A stretch of 64,000 nucleotides of DNA from Nitrospirota bacterium (GCA_963749655.1 CAVVOB010000013.1:1-64000), one strand, 5' to 3'. Counted from the first letter of the stretch, positions 49,186-62,089 are shown. Notes: a model not told the origin generated them from the sequence alone. Program-made: numbers and translations.

Positions 49186-50904
49186 CTAGTACGCCCAGTA
49201 GGGGCCGGTCCCGAGGGTGGAGGTTTTCCCGTCGATTCCGACGAAGACGCTCCTGCCGAAGAAGAAGGGAAGCCCCCAGTCGAAGGATCCGGGAAAGGAA
49301 CCGCCGATCTCGACGAAGACGCTGTTGGACGTACTTGCCAGATTGACAAAATTGCCGATCTGAAAGGAAACCGGCCCTGACGGCGAGCCGCCGGCGCCCT
49401 TGTTGGTCGCTGACAAGGATGTTGTGGACGACGGGCAGTACCACGATGAGTTGGGCGAGGCGCAGGCTGAAACCGCGCCGGAGGGGAAGAACAGTCCGTT
49501 CGATCCGCTGTCGATGAAACTGGTGCTGAGCGTACTGCCATTGAATACCGTAATAAAATTTCCTGACCCGTTTGCGGCGTAGGTCGTGACCCCGGAGGGT
49601 GTGTTGTTGGGCTGTGTGCCGATACCGAGGATCAACTTCCCGTTGACAGAGTTCGTCCCGCCCAGGGAAACCCCCGGCAGCTGGACAATGACACCGTTGT
49701 TATCCGCCGTAGTGAGCGATGCAACAGGATTCTGCACCTGATCTGTAAGCGCGACCGTGGTGTGCGAACAGGTTGACCCGTTACAAGTGTAATAAGGGAT
49801 TAAGGGGAGGTTGTTGGGGTCGGTGCAGGCGGTTCCGCAATCCTCCGCGAACAGGCCTACTCCCAAGATGCCGTTAAAGCCCGCTGCCGCAGGGCTGGTC
49901 TGCGGACTGGAGCAGTTCGTGGGAGTGAAGAACGTGGAATCAATCACTTGTAAAGGCACATTGGAAGCCTTTTCGCCCCCCAGAGTAATGTCAGCTCTCT
50001 GCACCGGTCCCCATTGCGCCGATCCGTCTGCATAGGTGACACACTCGGCGAGAGAACCAGAACCCGCGGTTACCTGTGTAAGCGATACAGTCAACGCCTG
50101 TTTGAAGATGCGCAGCCCATAACTTCCCGTGTCGAGAAGGAGGTCGGTGATCGTCTGGCATGTCGCTGTGCCCGGCGTGCAGACCGTCACGCTGACGCAG
50201 GGTTTGTTGAGATAGGAGCCGCTCGAGCAAAGAGAACCGTTCACGGTGATCGGGACCACGTTATTCACGGCTGCGGCTACTGTCAACGTCGTGGAGTTTG
50301 AAACGCTTCCGGACAAGGCGGTTATCAACGACGACCCGATGGTGAGGGCTGAGGCAAGGCCATTGGAGCCCGGTATATTGCTTATGGTCGCGACAGAAGT
50401 GGAAGATGAGCTCCAGGTCACGACTGATGTCACAACCTGCGTCGTGCTGTCCGAGAAGGTTCCTGTCGCGGAGAACTGCTCCGTTGATCCCGCGGTGACG
50501 CTCGGGTCGACGGGCATTACTGAAAGGGATGCGAGCTTCGCGGAGGTGACCGTCAGGGTAGTCGAGCCCGTAATGTTTTCGAAGGAAGCGGTGATGGTTG
50601 TCGACCCCGTGGCCAGGGAAGAGGCCTGTCCGTTGAATCCGGCTGAATTGCTTATGGCAGCCACGGAGGTCGAGGAAGAACCCCAGGACGCCGACGTCGT
50701 CAGATTGCGCTTCGTGTTGTCCGAGTAGTTCCCGGTGGCGGTGAACTGCTGCATGGTGCCCGGCGCAATGGAGGGATTTGTCGGCGTTACCGTAATGGAG
50801 ACAAGCGCTCCAACGCCGCCGGAGCTGCCGACGGATCCGCTGCTGCACCCGACCGCCAATACGAGGACCGCCATTATAAGGATGGAGCTTCTATTTGATC
50901 TCAT
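49186..50904 (-). CDS. DUF3443-family lipoprotein with two Ig-like (Big_2) repeats
   Basis: Lipobox AVGC; two Big_2 repeats; NKPCVSVTVC, LLDTGSYGLR, NGILGVG, FIDSGSNG, FDWGLPFFFGR. Confidence 0.85.
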   Translation of the reverse strand: MRSNRSSILIMAVLVLAVGCSSGSVGSSGGVGALVSITVTPTNPSIAPGTMQQFTATGNYSDNTKRNLTTSASWGSSSTSVAAISNSAGFNGQASSLATGSTTITASFENITGSTTLTVTSAKLASLSVMPVDPSVTAGSTEQFSATGTFSDSTTQVVTSVVTWSSSSTSVATISNIPGSNGLASALTIGSSLITALSGSVSNSTTLTVAAAVNNVVPITVNGSLCSSGSYLNKPCVSVTVCTPGTATCQTITDLLLDTGSYGLRIFKQALTVSLTQVTAGSGSLAECVTYADGSAQWGPVQRADITLGGEKASNVPLQVIDSTFFTPTNCSSPQTSPAAAGFNGILGVGLFAEDCGTACTDPNNLPLIPYYTCNGSTCSHTTVALTDQVQNPVASLTTADNNGVIVQLPGVSLGGTNSVNGKLILGIGTQPNNTPSGVTTYAANGSGNFITVFNGSTLSTSFIDSGSNGLFFPSGAVSACASPNSSWYCPSSTTSLSATNKGAGGSPSGPVSFQIGNFVNLASTSNSVFVEIGGSFPGSFDWGLPFFFGRSVFVGIDGKTSTLGTGPYWAY

Positions 50905-51361
50905 CGATGTCTACTCCTTGCGGGACCAGGGCGGGGGCATAGGCACGGCCGTGCAGGTCGCGCATGTGGCCCCACGTTTCAACGACAACGCGCTGCGTCT
51001 TTACCCGGGAGTTCCTGCGGCCCGGCGTCCGCTGCGTATTGCTGCGCGCTGATTCGTATTCATCGGCATAGGACCCGAGGAGCACCGTAAGATCAGGGCG
51101 GACCAGCCCGTTCCAGGCAAGAGCGAAGATCGTGCCGGACGAAGAAACGAACTCGCGCACCGACACGGCATCGGACGTGACTTCCTCGATCGTGTATCCC
51201 GGGGCGGCCGTTGTCGATCTCCTGGCTGCCGAGAGCGCTCGTTGATCAGTGGTGATGGAGTCAGCGGATTCCCCGAGCGCAGCCAGGGCTTCCTCCATGC
51301 TGATGAGCTGGATTGCCGAGAGGATGCTGCTGAGCAACAGGATTAAGAGAGAGTGTTTCAT
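50891..51361 (-). CDS. DUF2844-family exported protein
   Basis: Signal then AALG; VREFVSSSGTIFALAWNG...PDLTVLLGSY; GHMRDLHGRAYAP. Confidence 0.85.
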   Translation of the reverse strand: MKHSLLILLLSSILSAIQLISMEEALAALGESADSITTDQRALSAARRSTTAAPGYTIEEVTSDAVSVREFVSSSGTIFALAWNGLVRPDLTVLLGSYADEYESARSNTQRTPGRRNSRVKTQRVVVETWGHMRDLHGRAYAPALVPQGVDIDEIK

Positions 51362-51677
51362 TGAGGACCGCCTCTTTCTGATGCTGCAATCTTCGGTTGC
51401 AGATACATACCTTCAGGGGATGTCATTCAAGGGCATGTAATGAGTATATCAGAGTTTTTGGTGTCCGGGGCAGCAGCCCGGCAAGCCGCATTTCTGCGCC
51501 AGTTTTTTCCGAGAAACAGCAAATTGAATGAAGTGCCTGACCAGGAGCGTGAAGGAGAACAAAATTTTCAAATGGGATCATTTAAATTTTTAATTGAGTA
51601 ATTTATAAACTTGTGGTATTGTACGTACCCACAGACAGGGTAATCCCATTATATTCCATAAAGGAGGGGTAGAACAC

Positions 51678-51965
51678 ATGAAAAAGGTTATTGCGGTTCT
51701 GGTTGCAATGGTTCTGGTTGTAGCGTTGGCTTCCGTGGTATTCGCGGCAGATGCAAAGGGCACCATCAAGAGTGTCGATACAAAGGCGGGAACGGTTGTA
51801 TTCTGTCCCGAGGGCGGCAAGGATGAGACCCTCAAGGCCGACAAGGCCGTTCTGGACAAGGTCAAAGCAGGCGACAAGGTGGACGCAAATGTCGAGCACG
51901 GCATGCTCATGGGTGTAAAGGGCGCGGCCGCTGCACCGGCAAAGAAAGCTCCGGTGGGCTGCTAG
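51678..51965 (+). CDS. Small periplasmic OB-fold-like protein ending in ...VGC (CusF/ExtJ-like)
   Basis: AAGGAGG RBS, signal peptide, KGTIKSVD...VKAGDKV, terminal Cys. Confidence 0.8.
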   Translation: MKKVIAVLVAMVLVVALASVVFAADAKGTIKSVDTKAGTVVFCPEGGKDETLKADKAVLDKVKAGDKVDANVEHGMLMGVKGAAAAPAKKAPVGC

Positions 51966-51986
51966 TAGTTCGGAATCATCAATGTT

Positions 51987-52019
51987 GGGAGTCTCCCGCG
52001 GGAGACTCCCTTTTTTTTT
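51987..52019 (+). terminator. Intrinsic terminator
   Basis: GGGAGTCTCC-CGCG-GGAGACTCCC followed by T9. Confidence 0.9.
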
Positions 52020-52178
52020 CCGATGATGGCCTGTGCCCGTGAATCCCGGGAAATGCAGCGGGAAGCTTAAAATTCCTTGATTTGCAGGGACGTTTGTTTT
52101 ATTATTGTGCGTCCCATCCATGTCCGGCATGCGCATCCGATGATTTAGGGAATTCAACAGTAATTCGAGGAGGAAACA

Positions 52179-52400
52179 GTGATTAAGGTGAACCAGGAAG
52201 AGCTCAAGCAGAAGATCGAGAAACTGAAAAAAACCGCAACAGAGACTTCAGCCAAAGCCGGCAAAAAATCCGACCCCGCCGCCCGAAAAGCCCGCAAACA
52301 GGTAAAACGCGCACAGCGGAAGCTGCGGGTTGCCAAGACCTACAAACAAGCCGGGAAAAAACCTGCCGCAGCCGCAGGCGCCGAAAAAGCGTCTGCTTAA
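52179..52400 (+). CDS. Small highly basic hypothetical protein
   Basis: GAGGAGG RBS; Lys/Ala-rich DPAARKARKQVKRAQRKLR. Confidence 0.75.
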   Translation: MIKVNQEELKQKIEKLKKTATETSAKAGKKSDPAARKARKQVKRAQRKLRVAKTYKQAGKKPAAAAGAEKASA

Positions 52401-52530
52401 CGCGAAGCAAGCAGTCCCGCATGCAGGGGGCTGCTGCGGGATGCCGCGTTGTCCGGAAGGCTCCTCAACTCCTGTTGTCGGAGTTCCTTCGGACGGGCGG
52501 CTGCCTCCGCATATTTCCGCTCCTCATGTC

Positions 52531-53217
52531 ATGAAGAACCGTCTGATCAGAGCCTGCCTGGTCTGTGTCTGTATGACGCTGGCCGCCTGCGCAGGAGCAG
52601 TCCTGCGGCCGGAGCCGGTGTCGCCGGTCACTCTCCCCCCGGAAGCCACCGCGTCCCTTCCTGCGCCGGTATTGAAACAGATCACGAGGGAGACCGGCAT
52701 TGCAGCGTGGTACGGCATGGAATATCAGGGCCGCCGCACGGCGACCGGAGAAGTTTTCGATATGAACGGCCTCGCGGCCGCTCACCGCACACTCCCCCTG
52801 GGAACGGTCATTCGCGTCACGAACCTGGACAATTCCAAAAGTATTGAAGTCACCGTTACGCACCGGGGTCCCTCGACCAGAAGCCGCATCATCGACCTTT
52901 CCTATGGCGCAGCGAGAGAACTGGGGTTCGTGGCGCAGGGCATGGCCCGGGTCAGCATCGAGGCAACAACGGAGACCGGCGGGCCGGCGTTCTATACCGT
53001 GCAGGCAGCGGCGTTCCTGGAAGAAGAAAACGCTAAAATTCTGAAAGGACGGCTCTCGAAGAAGTTCGAATTCATCGCCATTGTGCCGGTTGAAACGAAT
53101 ATCTCCCGGTCCTACCAGGTGCGCGTCGGCTCCTACGCTTCGGCTGAACGGGCGGAGCAGATTGCCGAGAAACTGGCAAAGGAAGGGCTGGAGCCCGTTG
53201 TCTTGAGGAGAGACTGA
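52531..53217 (+). CDS. rlpA: Septal ring lytic transglycosylase RlpA lipoprotein with SPOR domain
   Basis: Lipobox [33 protein letters not shown]-terminal SPOR. Confidence 0.9.
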   Translation: MKNRLIRACLVCVCMTLAACAGAVLRPEPVSPVTLPPEATASLPAPVLKQITRETGIAAWYGMEYQGRRTATGEVFDMNGLAAAHRTLPLGTVIRVTNLDNSKSIEVTVTHRGPSTRSRIIDLSYGAARELGFVAQGMARVSIEATTETGGPAFYTVQAAAFLEEENAKILKGRLSKKFEFIAIVPVETNISRSYQVRVGSYASAERAEQIAEKLAKEGLEPVVLRRD

Positions 53218-53240
53218 GAATTTACCGGTAAAGAGGACCT

Positions 53241-54732
53241 ATGAAGATCAGCATTGCAACGGGCGCCGTCGAAAAAATCAAGGCCGGGGGCGCGGTCATA
53301 TTGCTCTTCGACGGAGAGAAGCCCGCGCCGTCGGCTGCGCGTCTCGATAAGGCGCTCGGGAACATGATCACACGCCTTCTTGAGCGCGGCGATTTCAAGG
53401 CAAAGCCGGGAGCTGTCCATCTCCTCTACCCCGGGGTCGCCATGAGCGCGGAACGTCTCGTTCTTGCCGGCCTCGGAAAACGCGTTGATCTGACGCCCGA
53501 CCGCGTCCGCCACGCATCGGGCAAGGCGGCTTCGGCCCTGCGTTCCGCCGGCGCCCGCGACATCGTCCTGTCGCTTGACGGCATCGGACCGGATCCCGAG
53601 GCCGCAGGGCAGGCCGCGACCGAAGGCGCAGTGCTCGGGTTGTATCGTTTTTTGCGGTATAAAACCAATGACGAAGCAGAGCGGAAGAAAGAGGTCAGCA
53701 AGATCACGCTTCTTGCCGGATCCCCCATCCTCTGTCCGGGGTCTTCAGAAGGGCGCACGAGCGGGAGAGGCGATAGCCACGTCCGCCATGATGGCGCGCG
53801 ACATGGTCAACGCGCCGCCAACGGACATGACGCCTACGATCATAGCCGCGAAGGCCCGCGCGATCGCCCGGCAGTCCGGCTTGCGCATCCGGGTGCTCGA
53901 ACGGCCGCAGATGCAGAAGCTCGGCATGGGCGCCCTCCTCGCCGTTGCATCGGGAAGCGCGCAGCCGCCGAAGTTCATCGTCGTCGAGTACCGGAGCGGC
54001 GGGAAGAAGCCCTTCATCGCCCTGGTCGGCAAGACGATCACCTTCGATTCCGGCGGCATCTCGATCAAACCCGCCGAGAACATGGATAAAATGAAGGACG
54101 ACATGGCCGGCGGCGCCGCCGTGCTCGGCGCCATACGGACGGCCGCCGCGCTCAAGCTGCCGCTGAACATCGTGGGGCTTCTGCCGGCAACGGAGAACAT
54201 GCCGGGCGGACGCGCCTACAAGCCCGGCGACGTTCTCCGGACCCTCTCGGGCCAGACCATCGAGATCATCAATACCGACGCCGAGGGAAGGCTCATCCTC
54301 GCCGACGCCCTCGCCTATGCCTGCTCCTATAAACCCGCCGTGATCGTGGATATCGCCACGCTTACCGGCGCCTGCAGGGTCGCACTCGGCCAGGAGGCCG
54401 CGGGAATGGTAGGCACGGACGAGAAGCTCAAGCAGAGGCTCCGCGAGGCCGGAGACAAAACCGGCGAACGGGTGTGGGAGCTCCCGCTCTGGGAAGGGTA
54501 TTACGACCTCATCAAGAGCGACATAGCGGACATGAAGAACACGGGGGGGAGGGACGGGTCGGTCATAACGGCCGCGGCGCTTCTGTCCAAGTTCGTGGAG
54601 AAATATCCCTGGGTGCACCTCGACATCGCCGCGATGGCGTGGACCGACAAGGACCGGCCCTACACGCCGAAAGGCGCGACCGGCATCGGCGTGAGGCTGC
54701 TCACGCAGTTCCTGCGGGACTATGCCGGGTAA
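53241..54732 (+). CDS. pepA: Leucyl aminopeptidase (M17), one frameshift near 53720
   Basis: N-terminal domain in ORF 53241; VGKTITFDSGG, MKDDMAG, NTDAEGRLILAD, DIATLTG and WVHLDIA in ORF 53575. Confidence 0.93.
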
Positions 54733-54746
54733 AAATAACGGTTTTT

Positions 54747-54864
54747 AACCACAGATGAACACTGATGGACACGGATTGATTGGAACATTCGGTCAGAGCC
54801 CTGACTGGGTAGCTCAAAAAAGTCCGGGCCCGCTCGTGCTTGTCATCTGTGTTAATCTGTGGTT
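54747..54864. repeat. Tandem-decamer inverted repeat (ACACAGAT type)
   Basis: AACCACAGATGAACACTGATGGACACGGAT ... TCATCTGTGTTAATCTGTGGTT. Confidence 0.85.
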
Positions 54865-54899
54865 CCACTGCCGTCTAGGCTGATTCTTTCGTGGCTTGG

Positions 54900-55538
54900 A
54901 TGCTATCGGATCATATGCAGACCGATTTCACATACGAGGAAGCACGTGCGAACGTCGAGAAGGTCCTGATCACGGGGGGCCTTTACAAGGCCGACGTGTT
55001 CATCACGCGTATCGGCACGGACCGGTTCGTGGTCAAGGACTACTGCGGGAAGGGATTCTGGGAACGCAATCTCGTGGGACGCATCGTGGTCGCCCGGGAA
55101 GCGCGGGCCTACGCCGCCCTCTCCGAAATGGAAGGTCTGCCGTCACGGTTCAGGAGGCTCTCACCCTTTGCCATCGCCGTGGAATATCTCGAGGGAAGGG
55201 ACCTTGGCAGCGTCCGGCCGGGTGAGATCGGGCAGGACATCATCGGCCAGTTCGAGCGAATCGTGAACGATCTGCACGCCCGGGGATGGGTCCACCTTGA
55301 TCTTCATCGAAGATCGAACATCCTCCTGGTTGAGGGCAAGGTCCATGTCGTGGACCTTGCTTCGGCCCTCCATCCGGGCAGCCTCCCGTTCATAGGTGCC
55401 TGCCTGACCCGTCTCATCGGCATCGCCGATCTTCTCTCGCTCATCAAGATGAAAAATCTCTTCTGTCCCGAATTGCTTTCCCCGAGAGAACGAAAGTGGC
55501 TCACGATCAGAAATGCACTCATGCCCTCTCGGTGGTGA
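54900..55538 (+). CDS. Small RIO/Kdo-like kinase-fold protein
   Basis: VVKDY, REARAY, VHLDLHRRSNILL, VVDLA; start uncertain. Confidence 0.75.
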   Translation: MLSDHMQTDFTYEEARANVEKVLITGGLYKADVFITRIGTDRFVVKDYCGKGFWERNLVGRIVVAREARAYAALSEMEGLPSRFRRLSPFAIAVEYLEGRDLGSVRPGEIGQDIIGQFERIVNDLHARGWVHLDLHRRSNILLVEGKVHVVDLASALHPGSLPFIGACLTRLIGIADLLSLIKMKNLFCPELLSPRERKWLTIRNALMPSRW

Positions 55539-55734
55539 TTTGCCTTTCATCAATAAAGTAAAATGTGCCCACGGTATACGACTTAGAGGTCCTATAAGAC
55601 GTATTGCGATTGATTGCAGCTTGTCAGAGATTGGAAGAGCTGAGGGGTTCCGGTAAGGACGGAAAGGCGCCGTTTTTTTACGAAATTTAAGCGCCGGGAT
55701 CGTTCGACCCGGCGCTGGGATGACCGCTTCGATA

Positions 55735-56458
55735 TCAGGAATGCGATGGTGTCGTTTTGAAAAGGTCCTTGTATTTCTCGAATTCGGGCCGCTTCACGAT
55801 GTCGCTGAAGCGGGGGTCCGATAAGAGCGCCCGGATCTCGTTGTCGAACTTTCCCCTGGTCACCGCGCTCTCGAACATGTCCTTTGCGAACTGATAGTTC
55901 TTCATCAGGTAGTTGGCCTCGAACAGCAGCCAGTCGACGCGGGGCGAGTAGGCGTGGGCGACCTTTTTCCCTTCGCGCAGATAGGTGTTCGAAAGCTCGT
56001 AATTATTTTTCATCAGCTCCGCTTCGCCGAGGATCACATAGGGCACGGTGTCCTGCGGCCCGGTCTTGACATACTCCCTCAGGAACCCAAGCGCTTTTTC
56101 CTCGTCCTTCTGGGCGTAAAAGAAGTAGAGTCCCATGTAGGCGATGTAGTGCTTCAACTCGAGCGCCTTGCGGTAGCACTGCTCTTCCTTCTCCGGGGAG
56201 ATATTCTCCTGCGACGCAGCGGCGAGATAAGCGTCGGCAATGAGGCGGCGGGCGGCATCATCGTACGCGGCTGCAGGCGAGGCCTCATATCGCTCGATGA
56301 TCTTTTCCGGCTGCTGCTCGCCGGCGAGTTTTTCAAATTCACGGCAGACCGTGTTTTCGTCCGCGCACCGGGAAACGGGCGTCAATGCCCGGACGAGAGC
56401 CGGAGCGGCGATGATGAACGATGACTGTTGATATGATGCTGATGACGTGCTTCTTCAT
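55735..56458 (-). CDS. Exported TPR-like helical repeat protein, frameshift in the signal region
   Basis: GAGGAGG RBS before MKKHVISII; helical repeats such as PYVILGEAELMKNNYELS. Confidence 0.7.
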
Positions 56459-56728
56459 GTACTCCCTCCTCATGATGGTAATTCCGGAAAAAAGTGATTG
56501 TCGTCCTGACGGCCTTCGTGCAATTCCGAGCGCGAATAATAGCCCGCGGAAAAGACGTTGTCAATAGCCTTTTCTCGTCGATGAAAATGACGCGTTGATG
56601 AATTCTTGGCCATCGCGAGCATAATCAAACCGTTAGACAGTTGTCCGTTTACCGACATCCCCTTAAAATACCCTTGTCCGGGTGCGGCCCGCGGGCCGGA
56701 CCGCGCTGCTTCGGACGGATTCGCCTCA

Positions 56729-56757
56729 TTGACCCGTTCCCTCTTCTGGGGTAATAT
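56729..56757 (+). promoter_or_regulatory. Sigma70 promoter TTGACC-17-TAATAT, probable leaderless uvrB transcript
   Basis: -10 ends 7 nt before ATG 56764; no Shine-Dalgarno. Confidence 0.7.
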
Positions 56758-56763
56758 CATTCT

Positions 56764-58770
<2,007 letters not shown>

Positions 58771-58774
58771 TGGC

Positions 58775-58890
58775 AATGCGGAATTCCCGCGCACTCCGTG
58801 CACCCGCACTCGTAAACGCGGGGCAGGTCGAAATGCGGAATGTGATGAATTCTGGAGTGAGCGCATTCCCTGCAGCTTGCTACAGGGAGT
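58775..58890. repeat. AATGCGG heptamers interrupted by a nested palindrome, followed by a CCCTG-CAGCTTGCTA-CAGGG palindrome
   Basis: AATGCGGAATT-CCCGCG...CGCGGGGCAGG-TCGAAATGCGGAATG. Confidence 0.55.
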
Positions 58891-59011
58891 GTCAATAGGG
58901 CCATCCATCCGGGCTTTTCTCTTTTTCTTTTCCAATACTGCAGTCACTCTCCTCTCCCGAGGTGTCCCTGATTGAACAGCTGCGGGAATTGTGGTACAGT
59001 TAACACCTTCT

Positions 59012-59727
59012 ATGGCAATAGATACAGCACAGAGCGACTGCCCTTTATGTGGATCCGATAGGACGCATGAATTCAGCCGCGACCAACGAAGGCTCTATCT
59101 GCAGTGCCGCGTGTGCAGCCTCGTGTTTGTTCCTTCCCGGCAGTTTCTGTCCCCTGACGATGAACGGAAGAGGTATGATCTGCACCGGAATTCTCCTCTT
59201 GACGAGGGATATCGAAATTTCTTGAGCCGCCTGTTTCTCCCCCTGCAGCAGCGCCTGCAGCCGGGCAGCTGTGGCCTTGATTTCGGCTCAGGTCCCGCGC
59301 CTACGCTTTCCCTGATGTTCGAAGCTGCCGGCTATTCCATGACGATCTTCGATCATTTCTACGAGCCTGATCCATGATGCCCTGGGGAAGCAATACGATT
59401 TTATAACCGCCACGGAAGTCGTGGAACATCTGCGCGATCCCGGGCTTCGAGTCGGACCGGCTGTGGCAATGTCTCAAACCGGGAGGGACGCTCGGCATCA
59501 TGACGAAATTTGCTGTGGCGCCGGATGCATTCAGTCAGTGGCATTACAAGAACGACCTAACCCATATCCGGTTTTTCTCGCGACAAACCTTTGAATGGAT
59601 GGCCCGGCGCTGGGATGGCGACCTGACGTTTCCGGAGGACGATGTCGTGCTGATCGGCAAAAAATCTCATCAATGTAAGAAGCAATGCGTTTCGCGCAAA
59701 GCCGCAAAGGCGCAAAGTAGATCTTAA
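59012..59727 (+). CDS. Class I SAM-dependent methyltransferase with N-terminal zinc ribbon, frameshifted
   Basis: CPLC...CRVC, GLDFGSGP, YDFITATEVVEHL, WHYKNDLTHIRFF. Confidence 0.8.
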
Positions 59728-59787
59728 AATATTAATGCAGCTAGAAAAAGTTTGATTCGCTAGTTACCAAAAGGACGTTCTTAAGGA

Positions 59788-60522
59788 ATGAAATCGCTAC
59801 CCATACTGTACGTGGACGAATATCTGGTCGCTGTCAACAAGCCCTCGGGCCTGCTGGTCCATCGCAGTAATGTCGACCGCAGGGAAACAGAGTATGCCAT
59901 GCAGATCGTCCGTGACCAGCTGGGGCAGTGGGTCTATCCGCTCCACCGTCTCGATAAGGCCACATCAGGCGTGCTGGTGTTCGCGTTGAGCAAGGAGATG
60001 GCCAAAATCATGACTCAATCCTTTACCGACAGGAAGGTGTCCAAATCCTATCTCGCCGTTGTGCGGGGTTACGCAAAGGATGCTGAACGTATCGATCATC
60101 CCCTTAAGGAACAACAGGACAGGATGACCGATCAGCGGGCGGATCAGGACAAGCCGGCGCAGCAGGCAGTTACGGAATACCGGCGTCTTGCGACCGTGGA
60201 GCTGCCTTATCCGGTGGGGCGCTACGAAACGGCGCGCTATTCTTTCATTCACGCGGTACCCCTGACCGGGCGCAATCACCAGATACGGCGTCATATGAAG
60301 CACGTTTTTCACCCCATAGTCGGCGATACGACCTATGGAGACGGGAAGCAGAATGACTTTTTCCGGACCCGGTTCGAATGCCGACGGCTGCTGCTGCATG
60401 CCCACGATATCGCTTTTGAGCACCCTCGTTCCGGCCAACGGGTCCGCATTCAGGCTCCGTTCGATCCTGTTTTCGCTGCCGTGCTTGCTGCGCTTGCATG
60501 GGACAAGATCGTTCTGCCGTGA
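59788..60522 (+). CDS. truC: tRNA pseudouridine(65) synthase TruC (RluA family)
   Basis: NKPSGLLVHRS, HRLDKATSG, TGRNHQIRRHMKH, PIVGDTTYG. Confidence 0.88.
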   Translation: MKSLPILYVDEYLVAVNKPSGLLVHRSNVDRRETEYAMQIVRDQLGQWVYPLHRLDKATSGVLVFALSKEMAKIMTQSFTDRKVSKSYLAVVRGYAKDAERIDHPLKEQQDRMTDQRADQDKPAQQAVTEYRRLATVELPYPVGRYETARYSFIHAVPLTGRNHQIRRHMKHVFHPIVGDTTYGDGKQNDFFRTRFECRRLLLHAHDIAFEHPRSGQRVRIQAPFDPVFAAVLAALAWDKIVLP

Positions 60523-60554
60523 TGTTTACTGATGAACCGGGGGAAAAGCATTGT

Positions 60555-60654
60555 AACCACGGATGAGCACGGATAAACACGGATGAACCCGTATTTGAAT
60601 CAAAGAGACACTGACTCTTCATGTATCTGTGTTAATCTGTGTTGATCTGTGGTT
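60555..60654. repeat. Tandem-decamer inverted repeat (ACACGGAT type)
   Basis: AACCACGGATGAGCACGGATAAACACGGATG ... TATCTGTGTTAATCTGTGTTGATCTGTGGTT. Confidence 0.85.
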
Positions 60655-60781
60655 CCATCTGCCTCTGTGAGCATGGAGTCCCTGCTGCACGTTTTTCATT
60701 GAAAGTTGCCCGAATTTAGTCGATAATGCACACCGCCTTTAATTCATCGGCGTTATCGTCCTGCATTTACCGGAGGTCAAG

Positions 60782-62089
60782 ATGGTGAGCAGCCCGAGAA
60801 GGAATTTTCTCCTTCTCCTGTGCGTTCTTTGTAGTGCAGTGGTCACGGGTTATTTTCTGAAAACCGCGATAGTCGGAGACTTCAGGAAATCTCTTGAAGA
60901 GGAGCGCAGGGGCTCAGTGCGGCTGATCGCATCGGACCTGGAAGGCTCGTATGAACGGTCCCGGGCGTGGAACCGGGAAGACACGGCAGCGGCCGCAGTC
61001 CAGGCGCTGATGCTGGGGATGCGCGTCACGGTGAAAGACGCGTCGAGCGGGACGGTAATGAACACGGACAAGGCCCTGTCGATGCTGCCTCCGGAGAGGA
61101 AGGCGTCGGGTCGTTGCGACAGCTTGCCGATCAGGTCTGAGCAAAGCATCGACGAACAGCTCATGCCTCTCGTTATGGGGCAAGGAGAACATCGGCAGCC
61201 TTTCCGTCGCCTTCCCGAACACGGGCAGGGAAGATCGCTTTGTAAAACGCTGGGCAAGTCATAATCGCTGCATGGGCAGTCTTGATCGCAGGGCTGGCGC
61301 TGGCATCGGGCTTTTTTCTCGTGCGGAAACCGGTTCAGGGAGCGGCGAGAACTGTTCAAACCGCATCGAAAAAAGGCGCAATGCAGCATAAAGAAACTGC
61401 GGCTTCGTCGGACTCCACGGACAGACCTGGCGTTGACAGAAGAAATTCCACCACAGAACATATCTGTATCGAGCATTCCCGCTGTCGAAGAAGAACAGAA
61501 TACTGAACCGGACGAGCCTTCAGATGCCGATGATGAGGTGCAGCCCCTCGCCGGCGAAGAGGACCGGATCAAAAGGATCATCGCAGGGCTTGATGAGCTG
61601 GCCAGGGCCGAGGCGCTCGGCCGCGCGCTCAGCAGACAGCCGATCAAGCTTGCGCATCATCTAACGGAGGTAATGGACAAGGTCCGCGGATCAATCCATG
61701 AAAAAAATATTGCCTTTAATCTGGAATGCGAACAAGCGCTCACGCTATCCGCTGATCCTGATTGTCTGGCCACGATCATGACGAACCTCCTGGAAAATGC
61801 TGCTAAGTCCATCAAGCAGAATGGGACGGTGACCGTGAATGCTGTTGTTGAGGGCGATCAGGTACGATTGGCAGTCAAGGACACGGGGCGGGGGATCAAA
61901 CGGAAGGACATGCCCCATATCTTCGAGCGATTCTATCGCGCATCGGGAAGCGGCATCGGTCTGGGGTTGACCATCGCGAAGGCCTTGGTGGACGCAAGTG
62001 GAGGAACGATTGAAGTGCAGTCAACGTACGGCAACGGGTGCCTTGTGACCGTCAGTATTCCCAGGAAGGTCGAGGCTGGCGCGGCTTGA
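60782..62089 (+). CDS. Membrane sensor histidine kinase-like protein, frameshifted
   Basis: Two TM segments; HATPase NLLENA, DTGRGI, IFERFYR, GIGLGL; H-box not evident. Confidence 0.7.

Noticed and set aside
51960-51968. Stop-codon readthrough after the terminal Cys (TGC TAG TAG)
   Set aside because: Double stop followed by a terminator; no recoding signal
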